Shown here: positions 18,873 through 28,861 of the stretch, piece by piece
Layout of the letters: each line of letters opens with the position of its first letter
Numbering within the stretch: the stretch's first letter is position 1
Assembly (NCBI GenBank): GCA_022844165.1
Contig: JALHMH010000003.1
Span: 96,001-160,000, forward strand
Direction: 5' to 3'
DNA: 64,000 bases
Source: Lysobacterales bacterium
GTDB lineage: Bacteria > Pseudomonadota > Gammaproteobacteria > Xanthomonadales > SZUA-5
The notes under the pieces: model-generated
Told to the model about the DNA's origin: nothing
Seen by the model: the letters and a program-made list of their open reading frames with translations, nothing else
The model's database searches: none
Position numbers and translations under genes: made by a program

Positions 18873-19388
18873 CTATCGGGCGTGCCATTGCGCCAGCAAT
18901 TTGCAGGCACTGGCGAGCGCCTGCAGGATCAACAGCACTGCGAAGGTGGGTATCAGGGCCTTGACCATCCACAGGTAAGACAATCCACTGGGTTCATTGG
19001 AACGTTCGCCGATGGCAAAACTGGTAGCGACGTAGGAATAGCTGACGGCCAGCACAAACAGCGCAAATGGCAGGACGACGAGCAGCAGTCCGATGACTTC
19101 GACGAGCAGTTTGGTGCGCGGCGAGAAGCGTTTGCTCAGCACGTCGACGCGCACATGTTCGTCTCGCGCCAGCGCGTAAGAGGCGCCGAGCAGGAAAACC
19201 GCAGCGTTGAGCGCCAGCACCAACTCGCGAAGCCACGCTTCGGAAAATCCGAAGGCATAACGCAGTAACACCACAGCAAACATACCGAACACACCCAATA
19301 CGACCAAGGCGCCGAGCGCGCGGCCCGTCTGCGCGACCGGCCAGGCCAGCAGCGTCGCGGCTCGGTCAAGGAGCTTGGCGTAAGGCAT
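18873..19388 (-). CDS. TRAP transporter small permease (DctQ)
   Basis: VVLLRYAF, EHVRVDV, GERS.EPSGL motifs; 4 TM segments. Confidence 0.88.
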   Translation of the reverse strand: MPYAKLLDRAATLLAWPVAQTGRALGALVVLGVFGMFAVVLLRYAFGFSEAWLRELVLALNAAVFLLGASYALARDEHVRVDVLSKRFSPRTKLLVEVIGLLLVVLPFALFVLAVSYSYVATSFAIGERSNEPSGLSYLWMVKALIPTFAVLLILQALASACKLLAQWHAR

Positions 19389-21162
19389 CGTCGGCTTCGA
19401 ACAAAGCGATCAAATCGCGTCGCGCCTGATCGCTCGACTGAATCAGTGCCGACTCATCGTCGTGAACCAGATGCTGCTGAGCAAGCAATGCCTCATCGAA
19501 GGCGCGGAACCTTTCGACACGTTCGCTGGCAGTGGCGCTATCCAGGCCGAGTTCTTCGAGCACTTTTTGTGTCATTGACAGCGCACCGTGCAGCGTCTCG
19601 CGAATAATGAAGTCGATGCCAAGATCCATCAACTTGAATGCGTGTTGTCGATTGCGCGCCCGAGCGATGATCTTGACATGCGGGTAGAGCTTGCGCACGG
19701 TTCTCGCCACGCGCACCGAATGTTCGACATCGTCAATTGCCAGTACGAAAACCCTGGCATCGCCAACGCGTGCGGCGCGCAACAACTCCGGGCGCGCCGG
19801 GTCGCCGAAATACAAAGTGGAGCCAAAGCGGCGACTCAAGTCGACTTGTTCAGCAGACGGTTCGATGACGGTAAATGGCGTCTTTTGTGCCGAAAGCACA
19901 CGTCCCGGTACTTGACCGACACGCCCGAAGCCGGCGATGACGACCTGCGAATGGTGATCGGGTATGGCATCGAATTGCCGTTTGCTGGTGTGCGTATCCA
20001 ACTGGCGATCGGCAAACGCTGCAATGCCGAGCACGATGAACGGCGTGCAGGCCATGGCCAGGGCAACGACAAGATTGAGCAACCCGGCGAGATCCGCGCT
20101 GATCAAATTTGCGCCCTCTGCCGTGGCAAACACGACAAAGGCGAACTCCCCGCCAGAGGCCAGCATGGCGGCCAGAAACAGACTTTGTCGCTGCGAGTAG
20201 CCGAAACTGCGGCCGACCGCCCACATCACCAGCAGTTGCAGTGCGAGCACCGCGGCCAACAATCCCAGAATCATGCCCGGTGCAGAGTACAAACGCTGTA
20301 GTTCGAGGCTCATTCCTACGCTCATGAAGAACAAACCCAGCAGCAGTCCTTTGAACGGCTCGATATGCGATTCCAGTTCGTGGCGATACTCGGAATCGGC
20401 AAGCAATACACCAGCAAGAAAAGCACCAAGTCCCATCGATAGTCCCACCTGTTGCATCAGCAACGCCGTGCCGAGCACAACGAGCAGTGCCGCAGCACTG
20501 AACACCTCGACGCTGTCGGTCTTGGAGATCGCGCGAAAAACAGGCCGGAGAAGATAGCGCCCGGCCAGAATAACCAGCGCGATCGCGCCGAGTACCAGTA
20601 ACGCAGACAACCACGGGTCGCGCGTCGATCGCTGGATCTCACCTGCGGCAAGGAGCGGGATCAAGGCCACCACGGGCACGGCGACCAGATCCTGGAACAA
20701 AAACACGCCGAAGCTGCCGCGACCATGTTCGGCTGTCAGTTCACCGCGCTCGGCGAGAATCTGAACCCCAAACGCTGTCGACGACAACGCCAGGCCAAAG
20801 CCGGCAATCCATGCCGCGGCGGTCGGCAATCCCATCCACCAGCCAGCTGTCGCAAAGATCCCGGTCACGAGCAGCATTTGCGATGCGCCCAGACCAAGCA
20901 AAACACGCCGCATCAGCCACAGGCGCTGCGGTGACAACTCCAGGCCGAGCACAAACAGCAGCATGACAACACCGATCTCAGAAAAAGTGAGCAGTGTCTC
21001 CGGGTCCGACACGAGATTGAATGCTTCCGGGCCAACGAGCACGCCAGCAATCAAATAGCCGAGCACCGCGCCCATCTTGGCTTTCTTGCTGATCACGACA
21101 GCCAGAATGGCAGCGGCGAGAAACACCACCGCGTAGAGCAGGAAACCATGAGCGTCGTGCAT
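19366..21162 (-). CDS. Glutathione-gated K+ efflux antiporter, KefB/KefC family (CPA2 + KTN)
   Basis: SEYRHELESHIEPFKGLLLGLFF, GGEFAFV, IAGFGRVGQ. Confidence 0.92.
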   Translation of the reverse strand: MHDAHGFLLYAVVFLAAAILAVVISKKAKMGAVLGYLIAGVLVGPEAFNLVSDPETLLTFSEIGVVMLLFVLGLELSPQRLWLMRRVLLGLGASQMLLVTGIFATAGWWMGLPTAAAWIAGFGLALSSTAFGVQILAERGELTAEHGRGSFGVFLFQDLVAVPVVALIPLLAAGEIQRSTRDPWLSALLVLGAIALVILAGRYLLRPVFRAISKTDSVEVFSAAALLVVLGTALLMQQVGLSMGLGAFLAGVLLADSEYRHELESHIEPFKGLLLGLFFMSVGMSLELQRLYSAPGMILGLLAAVLALQLLVMWAVGRSFGYSQRQSLFLAAMLASGGEFAFVVFATAEGANLISADLAGLLNLVVALAMACTPFIVLGIAAFADRQLDTHTSKRQFDAIPDHHSQVVIAGFGRVGQVPGRVLSAQKTPFTVIEPSAEQVDLSRRFGSTLYFGDPARPELLRAARVGDARVFVLAIDDVEHSVRVARTVRKLYPHVKIIARARNRQHAFKLMDLGIDFIIRETLHGALSMTQKVLEELGLDSATASERVERFRAFDEALLAQQHLVHDDESALIQSSDQARRDLIALFEADDALRQAP

Positions 21163-21432
21163 GGGTGCGCCGGGGAAGTGGATGTCAGCAGTCTACCGTG
21201 CGCGGATGTGTGATTGACTACCCGAGGCTTCGCCTCAGACCGCCGAGCACGGTTGGCTTCTCTCGACGGCGTATACAAGGATCATGGCTAAAGCCATCCG
21301 CAAAAAACGAAAGTTGTGCGGCCATGATCGTTGCGGAAATCTCCGATTTCCCAAACTCCCCGACGGCATAGCCGCCGGTCGTTCGGCTCGGTACGCGCCT
21401 TGCGGCGCGTCATCACTCGATGCTGAGTTTTT

Positions 21433-22365
21433 TCAACGAATGGCAGCAACGAACTGCTTAGGGTTGACCGGCTTGCCTTCGAACCAAACTTCAAAGTGCA
21501 CATGCGTTCCGGTGGCGCGGCCCGTCGCACCCAACTTCCCGATCAACTGGCCGGCTTGCACGACATCGCCCAGATCCACAAGATTCTTGTCATTGTGCGC
21601 GTAGCGGGTAACGTAACCATTGCCATGATCAATGTCGATCATGTTGCCGTAGGCCGGGTGGCGCCCCGAGAATGCAACAACGCCAGTGGCGACACTCAAC
21701 ACATCTGCGCCTTTGACGCCGTCGAAATCGATGCCCGAATGGAAAGCACGGCGACCAGAAATGGGGTCGACGCGATAGCCAAAGTGGGATGAGACGAATC
21801 CGGTACGGACGGGCATTCCAGCGGGCATGAACTCTGCCTCAAGGTCCCGGTCGACAAGCAGCGTTTCGAGGATGCCAAGTTGTTCGGCTTGCACGTTGAA
21901 CTGCTGACGTAACTTATCAAGCGAGTCGTTGAACTCAGGCGCCAGAAATCCCTCTTCGAGCGGCAGCTGATTCTCCGGGCCACCCACATCGGGCAATTCG
22001 CTGAAGTTGAATTCGCCGTCCTCGAGCTTGCCCATCCGCGTCAGTCGAAGGCCCAGCGCATTGAGGCGCGCCGCATGTGCCTGCAACTCGCCAAGTTGCA
22101 TTGCCAGGGCGTTGAGATCGCGTTTTGCCTTGGCTTCGGTTTCATCGAGTTGCGCTTGCTGCGCGAGAAGTTTGCCGCGCATTTCAGCCAAATCGCCACT
22201 GCTGGCCATATCGCCCTGGAGCGCTCGCCCTGCCCAGAAACCGCAGCCAACCAGCAGCGCCAACATACTCACGCCGATGGCCCCGAGTGCCACCCGAATC
22301 CGTGGACAGGTCAATGAAATGACCTTGGAACCAACGCGCGTGCCGCCTGTCAAAATAATGTTCAT
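21433..22365 (-). CDS. M23-family metallopeptidase
   Basis: HSGIDF, TRYAHN, HVHFEV; coiled-coil N-terminus; usual neighbour of lpxC/DUF721. Confidence 0.92.
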   Translation of the reverse strand: MNIILTGGTRVGSKVISLTCPRIRVALGAIGVSMLALLVGCGFWAGRALQGDMASSGDLAEMRGKLLAQQAQLDETEAKAKRDLNALAMQLGELQAHAARLNALGLRLTRMGKLEDGEFNFSELPDVGGPENQLPLEEGFLAPEFNDSLDKLRQQFNVQAEQLGILETLLVDRDLEAEFMPAGMPVRTGFVSSHFGYRVDPISGRRAFHSGIDFDGVKGADVLSVATGVVAFSGRHPAYGNMIDIDHGNGYVTRYAHNDKNLVDLGDVVQAGQLIGKLGATGRATGTHVHFEVWFEGKPVNPKQFVAAIR

Positions 22366-22424
22366 GTCAAACCTGCTCTCAAGTGCCTTCGCCGGTGCGC
22401 GCCTGGACATCCAACAGAGCCGAT

Positions 22425-22727
22425 ATGCCCCGTTATCCCGCGTTAGCTGATGTACTCCAGGACATGCCAATCGTTGCCTCGCTTGTGGAAAAAGCGCGGC
22501 TGCTGGAGGTGTGGGACCAACGCTTGCGCGCGCTCCTGCCCCCCCGACTCGCATCCGAGTGCCAACTTGCCAATGTGCGCAAGGGGCAACTCGTGTTCCT
22601 GGCGCAATCACCCGCGTGGGCGTCCAAACTGCGCCTTTTGAGCCGACAACTCCTCGACGAGGCGAATGACAACCTCGGTCTCGAAGTACAGCGGCTCACC
22701 GTGAAGGTCGCTCGCCCTGATGCATGA
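22425..22727 (+). CDS. DUF721/DciA-family protein
   Basis: LLPPRLASECQLANVRKGQLVFLAQSPAWASKLR; conserved position between lpxC and the M23 peptidase. Confidence 0.8.
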   Translation: MPRYPALADVLQDMPIVASLVEKARLLEVWDQRLRALLPPRLASECQLANVRKGQLVFLAQSPAWASKLRLLSRQLLDEANDNLGLEVQRLTVKVARPDA

Positions 22728-22913
22728 ACCCCGTGCATCAACACAACCGACCCAAGTGCATTGCCCGTTGACTTGCGCAATGTGACCGGTGGTGAACCGG
22801 TCAAGATGGCCTCACTGGCCGTTCGACTTCCGTGTCGAATGCTTCCAATTTGTCCTGATTATTCTTCGGTGTGTAACTACCGTCGGGCAGACGACGGATG
22901 ATTCCCTCGTGGA

Positions 22914-23825
22914 TCAGACCGCCTGGGCCGGATGCGCGTAAGAAATCGGTACCTCTTCGGGACGATCGAAAACGACCTCTTCCCAGGCACTCTCGTCGGC
23001 CACGAGGGCTCGCAAGAGCTTGTTGTTCAGGAAATGACCGGACTTGTGCCCGTAGAACGCGCCGATCAGGCTGTGCCCTAACAAGTACAAGTCGCCGATC
23101 GCATCCAGGATCTTGTGTTTGACAAACTCATCTTCGTAGCGCAAGCCGTCTTCGTTGAGCACGCGGTAGTCGTCGAGCACAATGGCGTTGTCCATTGAAC
23201 CGCCGAGCACCAGGTTCCGCTCACGCAGCATCTCCAGATCGCGCATGAAACCGAAGGTCCGGGCGCGGCTCACTTCTTTGACGAACGAGGTCGTCGAAAA
23301 ATCAATCTCCGCGGAACACGAGCGTTGCGAGAACGCCGGGTGATCGAACTCAATCGAGAATCCCACCTTGAACCCATCGAATGGTTCGAAACGAGCCCAC
23401 TTGTCGCCGTCGCGAACGACAATCTCTTTGCGGATCCGAATAAAGCGTTTGTGCGCATCCTGCTCTTCGATACCGGCAGATTGAAGCAAAAATACGAACG
23501 GGCCAGCGCTGCCGTCCATGATCGGCACTTCGGCAGCCGACAAATCGACATAGGCGTTATCGATACCCAGGCCCGCAAACGCACTCAAGAGGTGCTCGAT
23601 CGTCTGCACGCGCACGCCGTCTTTGACGAGTGCCGTCGACAGGGAGGTATCGCCGACGTTTTCGGCGCGTGCCAGGAGACAGACCGGATCTTTAAGATCG
23701 GTGCGACGAAACACAATGCCCGTGTTGACGGCAGCCGGCCGAAGCGTCATGTAGACCTTCTGGCCCGAATGAATACCTACGCCCGTTGCGCGAATGACGT
23801 TCTTCAACGTGCGTTGTCGAATCAT
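22914..23825 (-). CDS. lpxC: UDP-3-O-acyl-N-acetylglucosamine deacetylase
   Basis: [34 protein letters not shown]. Confidence 0.99.
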   Translation of the reverse strand: MIRQRTLKNVIRATGVGIHSGQKVYMTLRPAAVNTGIVFRRTDLKDPVCLLARAENVGDTSLSTALVKDGVRVQTIEHLLSAFAGLGIDNAYVDLSAAEVPIMDGSAGPFVFLLQSAGIEEQDAHKRFIRIRKEIVVRDGDKWARFEPFDGFKVGFSIEFDHPAFSQRSCSAEIDFSTTSFVKEVSRARTFGFMRDLEMLRERNLVLGGSMDNAIVLDDYRVLNEDGLRYEDEFVKHKILDAIGDLYLLGHSLIGAFYGHKSGHFLNNKLLRALVADESAWEEVVFDRPEEVPISYAHPAQAV

Positions 23826-23901
23826 CGTGGAGGTCTACCTGGGGTGATACGGCGGCAGGAGGCTATCACACGGGTTTGGCGGAGAAAAGACATCCGCTGC
23901 G

Positions 23902-23928
23902 ATTGGCGCAACAAAGTGTTGCGCCAAT
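23902..23928. other. Perfect 12-bp inverted repeat between yidC and lpxC (hairpin or operator)
   Basis: ATTGGCGCAACA-aag-TGTTGCGCCAAT; no U-tract. Confidence 0.5.
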
Positions 23929-23952
23929 GCGACAAAGCGGCCAAACGTGGCG

Positions 23953-25638
23953 CTACTTTGTTGCCTCAATGCGCTTGGTGATAACCACCTGCTGGATCAG
24001 GCCCAGCACGCCGTTCGCCAGCCAGTACAGAACCAGCCCTGCCGGAAAGATCGCGAACATCACACCCATGATCAGCGGCATCGTTTGAAAGATGCGTTTC
24101 TGGATGGGATCCATGCCGGGCATCGGCGTGAGTTTTTGCGTGTACCACATCACTGCGGCGTTCAAGATCGGCAACACATACAGCGGATCGCGCACGGACA
24201 GGTCCTGAATCCACCCAAAGAACGGCGCCTGACGCAGCTCCACCGCTTCGAAGATCACCCAGTACAAGGCAAAGAACACTGGCAATTGCAGCAATAGCGG
24301 CAGACATCCGCCCAGAGGGTTGACCTTTTCTTGCTTAAAGAGGTCCATCTGCGCCTGCGCCATCTTCTGGCGATCATCGCCGTAGCGTTCTTTCAGCGCC
24401 TCAAGACGCGGCTGCAGCTTGCGCATTCTGGCCATCGAGCGGTACTGCGACTCGCTCAAACGATAAAACGCCAGTTTCACCAGCAATGTCAGCAGGATGA
24501 TGGCGACCCCCCAGTTGCCAACCAGCTTGTACAGCCAGCTCATCAACCAAAAAAGCGGCGCCGCGATGAACGCAATAATTCCGTAGTCGACTGTGTACTG
24601 CAGACCCTCGGCGACGTTCGGCAGCGCTTCCTGCAGTTTTGGACCTAAGTAAAGCGATGCGCCCACGCTGGCCGAAGCGCCTGGCGCTACTTTCAGCACT
24701 GGCGTCATTTGTCGCATGACATAGCGCGGATTGGCGGTGCCTGCGTCGAGTATTGCGGTGGAGTAAGTCGTTTGCTCGTTTTTGCCAGGTACAAAGGCGC
24801 CCACAAAATAGTGTTGCTGCATCGCCGACCAGCCGCCCGCGACTGTTCTGGAATACGGCGTATCGGCGAAGTCGCCGAAGGGCAGTTTCTGGAAGTACTC
24901 ATCGGGCGTATAAACCGCCGCGCCGACATAAGCGTAAAGCTCCGGATCATTGAATGCGAACATGCTCGGTGCCGGCGGCGGCACGCGCAACATCTGCCGG
25001 TATTGGCTGCCGCTCCACTCGCTGGCACTTTGGTTGTCGACCTCATGGCGCACGCCCACCACAAAACTGCCCCGCGCCAGCGTCAATACCTTGCGCACCA
25101 GGATCCCGTCCGGGTCTCGCCAGGTGAACGGCACGTCCAAGGTGGACTGGCCTTCGGCGAGCGCGAAACGATCGCCTTCGATCTCGAACTGCGCATTGTG
25201 ATCCGGCGCCGACCGGCTGGACGACACCAAACCCGACTGCACGACGAACAGGCGGCTTGGGTCTTCATTCAGTAGCTTAACCGGCGCGTTTTTCTGTTGC
25301 AGACTGAGCGGGTAGGTCAGCAGTTCGGCAATCCGAATTTCCGCCCCACGGGTCGAAACCGTCAAACGCAATACGTCGTTCTCGATCGTGACGCGACGGT
25401 CAGAAGCGGCCTGGGCTGGCACCATCGGCGCTTCGGGCGACGAGGACATCGTCGGCGCCGCCGGCACACCATCGCTGACCGCCGGCGCCACTGGGACGTC
25501 GCCGCCCGAACCCACAGGCCCTGCCTCGGCAGACTGCGGCTCTTGTGGTCGCGGCCCGTAGTCGCGTTGCCAGGCAGCCCATAACTGCATGCCCACCAAT
25601 GCAATACCCAGCAGCAAGAAAATTCTCAAATTACTCAT
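23953..25638 (-). CDS. yidC: Membrane protein insertase YidC
   Basis: GNWGVAIILLT, QYRSMARMRKLQP, VNPLGGCLP, FPAGLVLYW. Confidence 0.98.
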   Translation of the reverse strand: MSNLRIFLLLGIALVGMQLWAAWQRDYGPRPQEPQSAEAGPVGSGGDVPVAPAVSDGVPAAPTMSSSPEAPMVPAQAASDRRVTIENDVLRLTVSTRGAEIRIAELLTYPLSLQQKNAPVKLLNEDPSRLFVVQSGLVSSSRSAPDHNAQFEIEGDRFALAEGQSTLDVPFTWRDPDGILVRKVLTLARGSFVVGVRHEVDNQSASEWSGSQYRQMLRVPPPAPSMFAFNDPELYAYVGAAVYTPDEYFQKLPFGDFADTPYSRTVAGGWSAMQQHYFVGAFVPGKNEQTTYSTAILDAGTANPRYVMRQMTPVLKVAPGASASVGASLYLGPKLQEALPNVAEGLQYTVDYGIIAFIAAPLFWLMSWLYKLVGNWGVAIILLTLLVKLAFYRLSESQYRSMARMRKLQPRLEALKERYGDDRQKMAQAQMDLFKQEKVNPLGGCLPLLLQLPVFFALYWVIFEAVELRQAPFFGWIQDLSVRDPLYVLPILNAAVMWYTQKLTPMPGMDPIQKRIFQTMPLIMGVMFAIFPAGLVLYWLANGVLGLIQQVVITKRIEATK

Positions 25639-25700
25639 CGCGTCGACAGTTCCTGGTTCTGCGGCTCGGTTACCCTTGATTGCTCAGCGGCCAACTGAGG

Positions 25701-26048
25701 TCACAGGGTCATCTGCAGTCTCGCAAACAGCGCATCGAGATCGGCTCGCAACGACCGACGGTCGCCGCGGCTGACTTCGCGCCCTGGTGCGATCACAATA
25801 TCCACACTCGGCAGACGTTCCCTGGCCTGCCGAAAGGCCTCGCGACCCAAACGCTTGACAAGATTGCGGTCGTGGGCGGCCGGCAGATGCTTCTTGCCAA
25901 CGGCAAACCCAATGCGCGCGGATTGAAGTCCGTTGGCATGCACGACAGCCATAAAAAAACGGCCGCGTTCACGGCGGCCGAGTTGAAACGTTGCGTCGAA
26001 TTCTTCAGGCTTCAGCAGTCGGACGCTGCGCGGAAAGGCGCGCGACAC
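25701..26048 (-). CDS. rnpA: Ribonuclease P protein component
   Basis: FPRSVRLLK, RIGFAVGKK, AHDRNLVKR..RE.FR; lies between rpmH and yidC. Confidence 0.93.
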   Translation of the reverse strand: MSRAFPRSVRLLKPEEFDATFQLGRRERGRFFMAVVHANGLQSARIGFAVGKKHLPAAHDRNLVKRLGREAFRQARERLPSVDIVIAPGREVSRGDRRSLRADLDALFARLQMTL

Positions 26049-26071
26049 AGCAACGAAGCCCCGGCGCGCGG

Positions 26072-26206
26072 TTAAGGAATGAGCTTGTGGCGGCCTTTCG
26101 CACGGCGGCGGTTCAGCACCGCTCGACCAGTCTTAGTGGCCATGCGAGCGCGAAACCCATGGGTACGAGCTCTCTTGAGATTACTGGGCTGAAACGTGCG
26201 CTTCAC
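26072..26206 (-). CDS. rpmH: 50S ribosomal protein L34
   Basis: GTG start; [44 protein letters not shown]. Confidence 0.98.
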   Translation of the reverse strand: MKRTFQPSNLKRARTHGFRARMATKTGRAVLNRRRAKGRHKLIP

Positions 26207-26253
26207 GGCAACTCCAACGAAATGAGCGAAGAAAAGAGCGGCATAGTAGCGGT

Positions 26254-27801
26254 ATGAACCTTGGCAAGTCAAAATTTCGCGGCTGGCGGTTAAGCATCGC
26301 GCTGGGTTGGATGTTGTTGGGCGCCTGCGCCCACATCGACTGGCGCGCGCAACCACAATCTGCATTGCCATCCGCGGCGGACGGCGAGATCGCGGCGAAC
26401 GTGGCGGCAATGAACCTCTCCAAGGGAGAGTCCAGCTTTCGATTGTTGCAGTCCAATAGCGACTCGCTGTTGCTCAAACTGGGCACGGCCGAACGTGCGA
26501 CGACCAGCCTGGACTTGCTCTATTACATGTGGCACAACGATGTCAGCGGGCAATTGCTCGCGGCCGAGGTGCTGCGCGCCGCCGACCGCGGCGTGCGCAT
26601 ACGCCTGTTAGTCGACGACACCTATCTGCGCGGTCTTGACCCCACCCTGAAGGTCATCGATAGACACGAGAACATCGAAATTCGCGTGTACAACCCCTAT
26701 CGCACGCGCGCCAACGTCTCGCTCAACGTATTCGAATTTGTGTTCACCGGCTTTCGGCCCAATCACCGAATGCATAACAAAGCCTGGATCGCCGATGGTC
26801 TGGTCGCGATCGTCGGCGGACGCAATATTGGCGATGAGTACTTTGGACTCGATGAGGGCTTTCACTTTCGGGACCTGGGCGTGCTGCTGACGGGCGAGGC
26901 AGCCACGGAAGCACAACTGGATTTCGATGCATACTGGAACGCATCGGTGGTGGTGCCGATCGCAGCTATCGAAGATGAGGTCCCGTCGAATCCGACGCTG
27001 GCACAAGCCAGGGAAACGCTGGAGGCCAGCCGCAGCCGCACCATCGCCGATGGTACCGTGGCCGCGCTGCACGCGTCGCCGCTGGTCGCGTCGTTGGGTA
27101 AGAGCGGGATGCATCGGGGCACGGCCGCCCTGATTTCGGATCCGGCCGATAAGTGGCTTCGCAACGACAAGGCGCCGGTCGGTGTCGCCGCAACCTTGGA
27201 GCGGACCATCGACCGTGCGGAGCGGGAAGTGATTTTGATCTCGCCTTATTTTGTGCCCGGCCAACGAGGCGCCAGATGGCTGGCATCGCTGGAGAAACGC
27301 GGTGTGCAAGTCAAGGTATTGACCAATTCGCTTAACGCCACGGACGTCGCCGCCGTACACGGCGGTTATGCCCGGTACCGCAAGCGTCTACTGAAAGCCG
27401 GCATCGAAATCCACGAGCTGAAGCGCACGGCGGGCGCGCTGCCGATGGAGTCTTCGTTCCGCGGATCCTCGCGCGCCAGCCTGCATACCAAGGCGGCCAT
27501 CATCGACGGCGAGATCTCGTTCGTAGGTTCCTATAACCTCGATCCGCGCTCCATGTGGCTCAATACCGAAATGGGCGTGCTGATCGACGATGCGGCCTTC
27601 GCCAGACAAGTGCGCGAACACTACGAACTGGCCCTGCTTCCCGGTGCCAGCTTCGAACTTGGCCTCGACGGAAGTCGCCTTGTTTGGACGGAAATCAAAG
27701 ACGGCAAGGTTGTCACACACTACCGCGAGCCAACACGCAGCTGGTCGCGACGCATCGTCAGTTTTCTGGCGCGGGTTCTGCCGGTGGAGCGGCACTTGTA
27801 G
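26254..27801 (+). CDS. Phospholipase D family protein (ClsC/YmdC-like), probable lipoprotein
   Basis: Two HKD motifs ([10 protein letters not shown]...GGRN; LHTKAAIID...GSYN); LGAC lipobox-like sequence. Confidence 0.9.
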   Translation: MNLGKSKFRGWRLSIALGWMLLGACAHIDWRAQPQSALPSAADGEIAANVAAMNLSKGESSFRLLQSNSDSLLLKLGTAERATTSLDLLYYMWHNDVSGQLLAAEVLRAADRGVRIRLLVDDTYLRGLDPTLKVIDRHENIEIRVYNPYRTRANVSLNVFEFVFTGFRPNHRMHNKAWIADGLVAIVGGRNIGDEYFGLDEGFHFRDLGVLLTGEAATEAQLDFDAYWNASVVVPIAAIEDEVPSNPTLAQARETLEASRSRTIADGTVAALHASPLVASLGKSGMHRGTAALISDPADKWLRNDKAPVGVAATLERTIDRAEREVILISPYFVPGQRGARWLASLEKRGVQVKVLTNSLNATDVAAVHGGYARYRKRLLKAGIEIHELKRTAGALPMESSFRGSSRASLHTKAAIIDGEISFVGSYNLDPRSMWLNTEMGVLIDDAAFARQVREHYELALLPGASFELGLDGSRLVWTEIKDGKVVTHYREPTRSWSRRIVSFLARVLPVERHL

Positions 27802-27839
27802 CCTGCGATAAACGGGCCGCGACGGCGGTCGCTGGGCAC

Positions 27840-28124
27840 CTATAAGAGGCTATGACGAATTGCCGCGGCGGCTTGTTCATCGAGCGCATCATTGCGCGGG
27901 AATTGCAGGTGATATCCGAGTTTGTCGATGTTCGCGATGACCACTGCCGCCTCGACCTGGGCCAGTTTACGTTCGGGCGTCAAGACGAAGCGTAGTGATT
28001 CGCACAACTCGCCGAGCGCCTGCCTGAGCGCCGTCGGGAGCTTCTCCAGCGCGGCGGCATCGCGTACGTAAACATACGCGCCGAGACGCTTCTCGCTGCG
28101 AAACACGATGCACTCAAGGCTCAT
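27840..28124 (-). CDS. YcgL domain protein
   Basis: C.VFRS....AYVYV, LTPERKLA, GYHLQFP. Confidence 0.85.
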   Translation of the reverse strand: MSLECIVFRSEKRLGAYVYVRDAAALEKLPTALRQALGELCESLRFVLTPERKLAQVEAAVVIANIDKLGYHLQFPRNDALDEQAAAAIRHSLL

Positions 28125-28858
28125 TCCTCGATCACCTCTGCCATGGACGATCGGCGTCGCAGCCACATCACGCCTGCGATATCGACGAGGCCCACCCACA
28201 GTCGATCCCAAATGCCGTACTTGCTCACGCCGCCGGTGCGTGGTCGATGGCTGACCGCCACACTTTGCACCTGAAAGCCAGCACGCTGAAACAGTGCTGG
28301 CAGAAAGCGATGCATGTGGCTGAAGTATGGCAAGTCCAGGAACACCGCGCGCTGAAACAATTTCAAGCCACATCCGGTGTCTGGTGTGGCATCGCCCAGC
28401 GCAGCGCTGCGTGTCGCGTTGGCGATCTTCGACGACAGACGCCTGATCGCATGATCGTGGCGCCGTGAGCGCCAACCGGCAAACAGCCCCATTGTCGCCG
28501 ATGCCTCGTCGCGCGCTGTCAGCAAAGTGACGATATCCGCCGGATCATTCTGTCCATCGCCATCCAGCGTGACGACCCAAACCGCTCGGGCAGCCTTGAC
28601 GCCATTGCGCAGCGCGGTGCTCTGGCCAGCCCGCTGCAGATGGCGGATGACGCGTAACCAGGGATGCTCGCGTTTGAGCGACCGCAGCACCTGCAACGTA
28701 TCGTCGTTGCTGGCGTCGTCGACAAATATCACCTCGTAGTCGATGGCGGTACTGCGCATCGCCGCCATGATCTCGAAGAACAACGGCGCGACGTTGTCGC
28801 GCTCGTTGTGCACCGGGACGACCACCGAAAGTTGCACAGCATCGGTGCCGCCCGACAT
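28121..28858 (-). CDS. Family 2 glycosyltransferase (polyprenol-phosphate sugar transferase-like)
   Basis: SVVVPVHNE, VDDAS.D, TLDGDGQNDP, DTGCGLK, MHRFLP. Confidence 0.9.
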   Translation of the reverse strand: MSGGTDAVQLSVVVPVHNERDNVAPLFFEIMAAMRSTAIDYEVIFVDDASNDDTLQVLRSLKREHPWLRVIRHLQRAGQSTALRNGVKAARAVWVVTLDGDGQNDPADIVTLLTARDEASATMGLFAGWRSRRHDHAIRRLSSKIANATRSAALGDATPDTGCGLKLFQRAVFLDLPYFSHMHRFLPALFQRAGFQVQSVAVSHRPRTGGVSKYGIWDRLWVGLVDIAGVMWLRRRSSMAEVIEE

Positions 28859-28861
28859 CGG

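Noticed and set aside
21163-21432. 270-bp intergenic region with small hairpins (GAGGC-ttc-GCCTC; ACGCGCC-ttgc-GGCGCGT) as a possible riboswitch or sRNA
   Set aside because: No recognisable Rfam-type consensus; short GC hairpins are expected by chance here
26207-26253. oriC expected upstream of rpmH
   Set aside because: Only 47 bp, no TTATCCACA-like boxes or AT-rich unwinding element, and no dnaA
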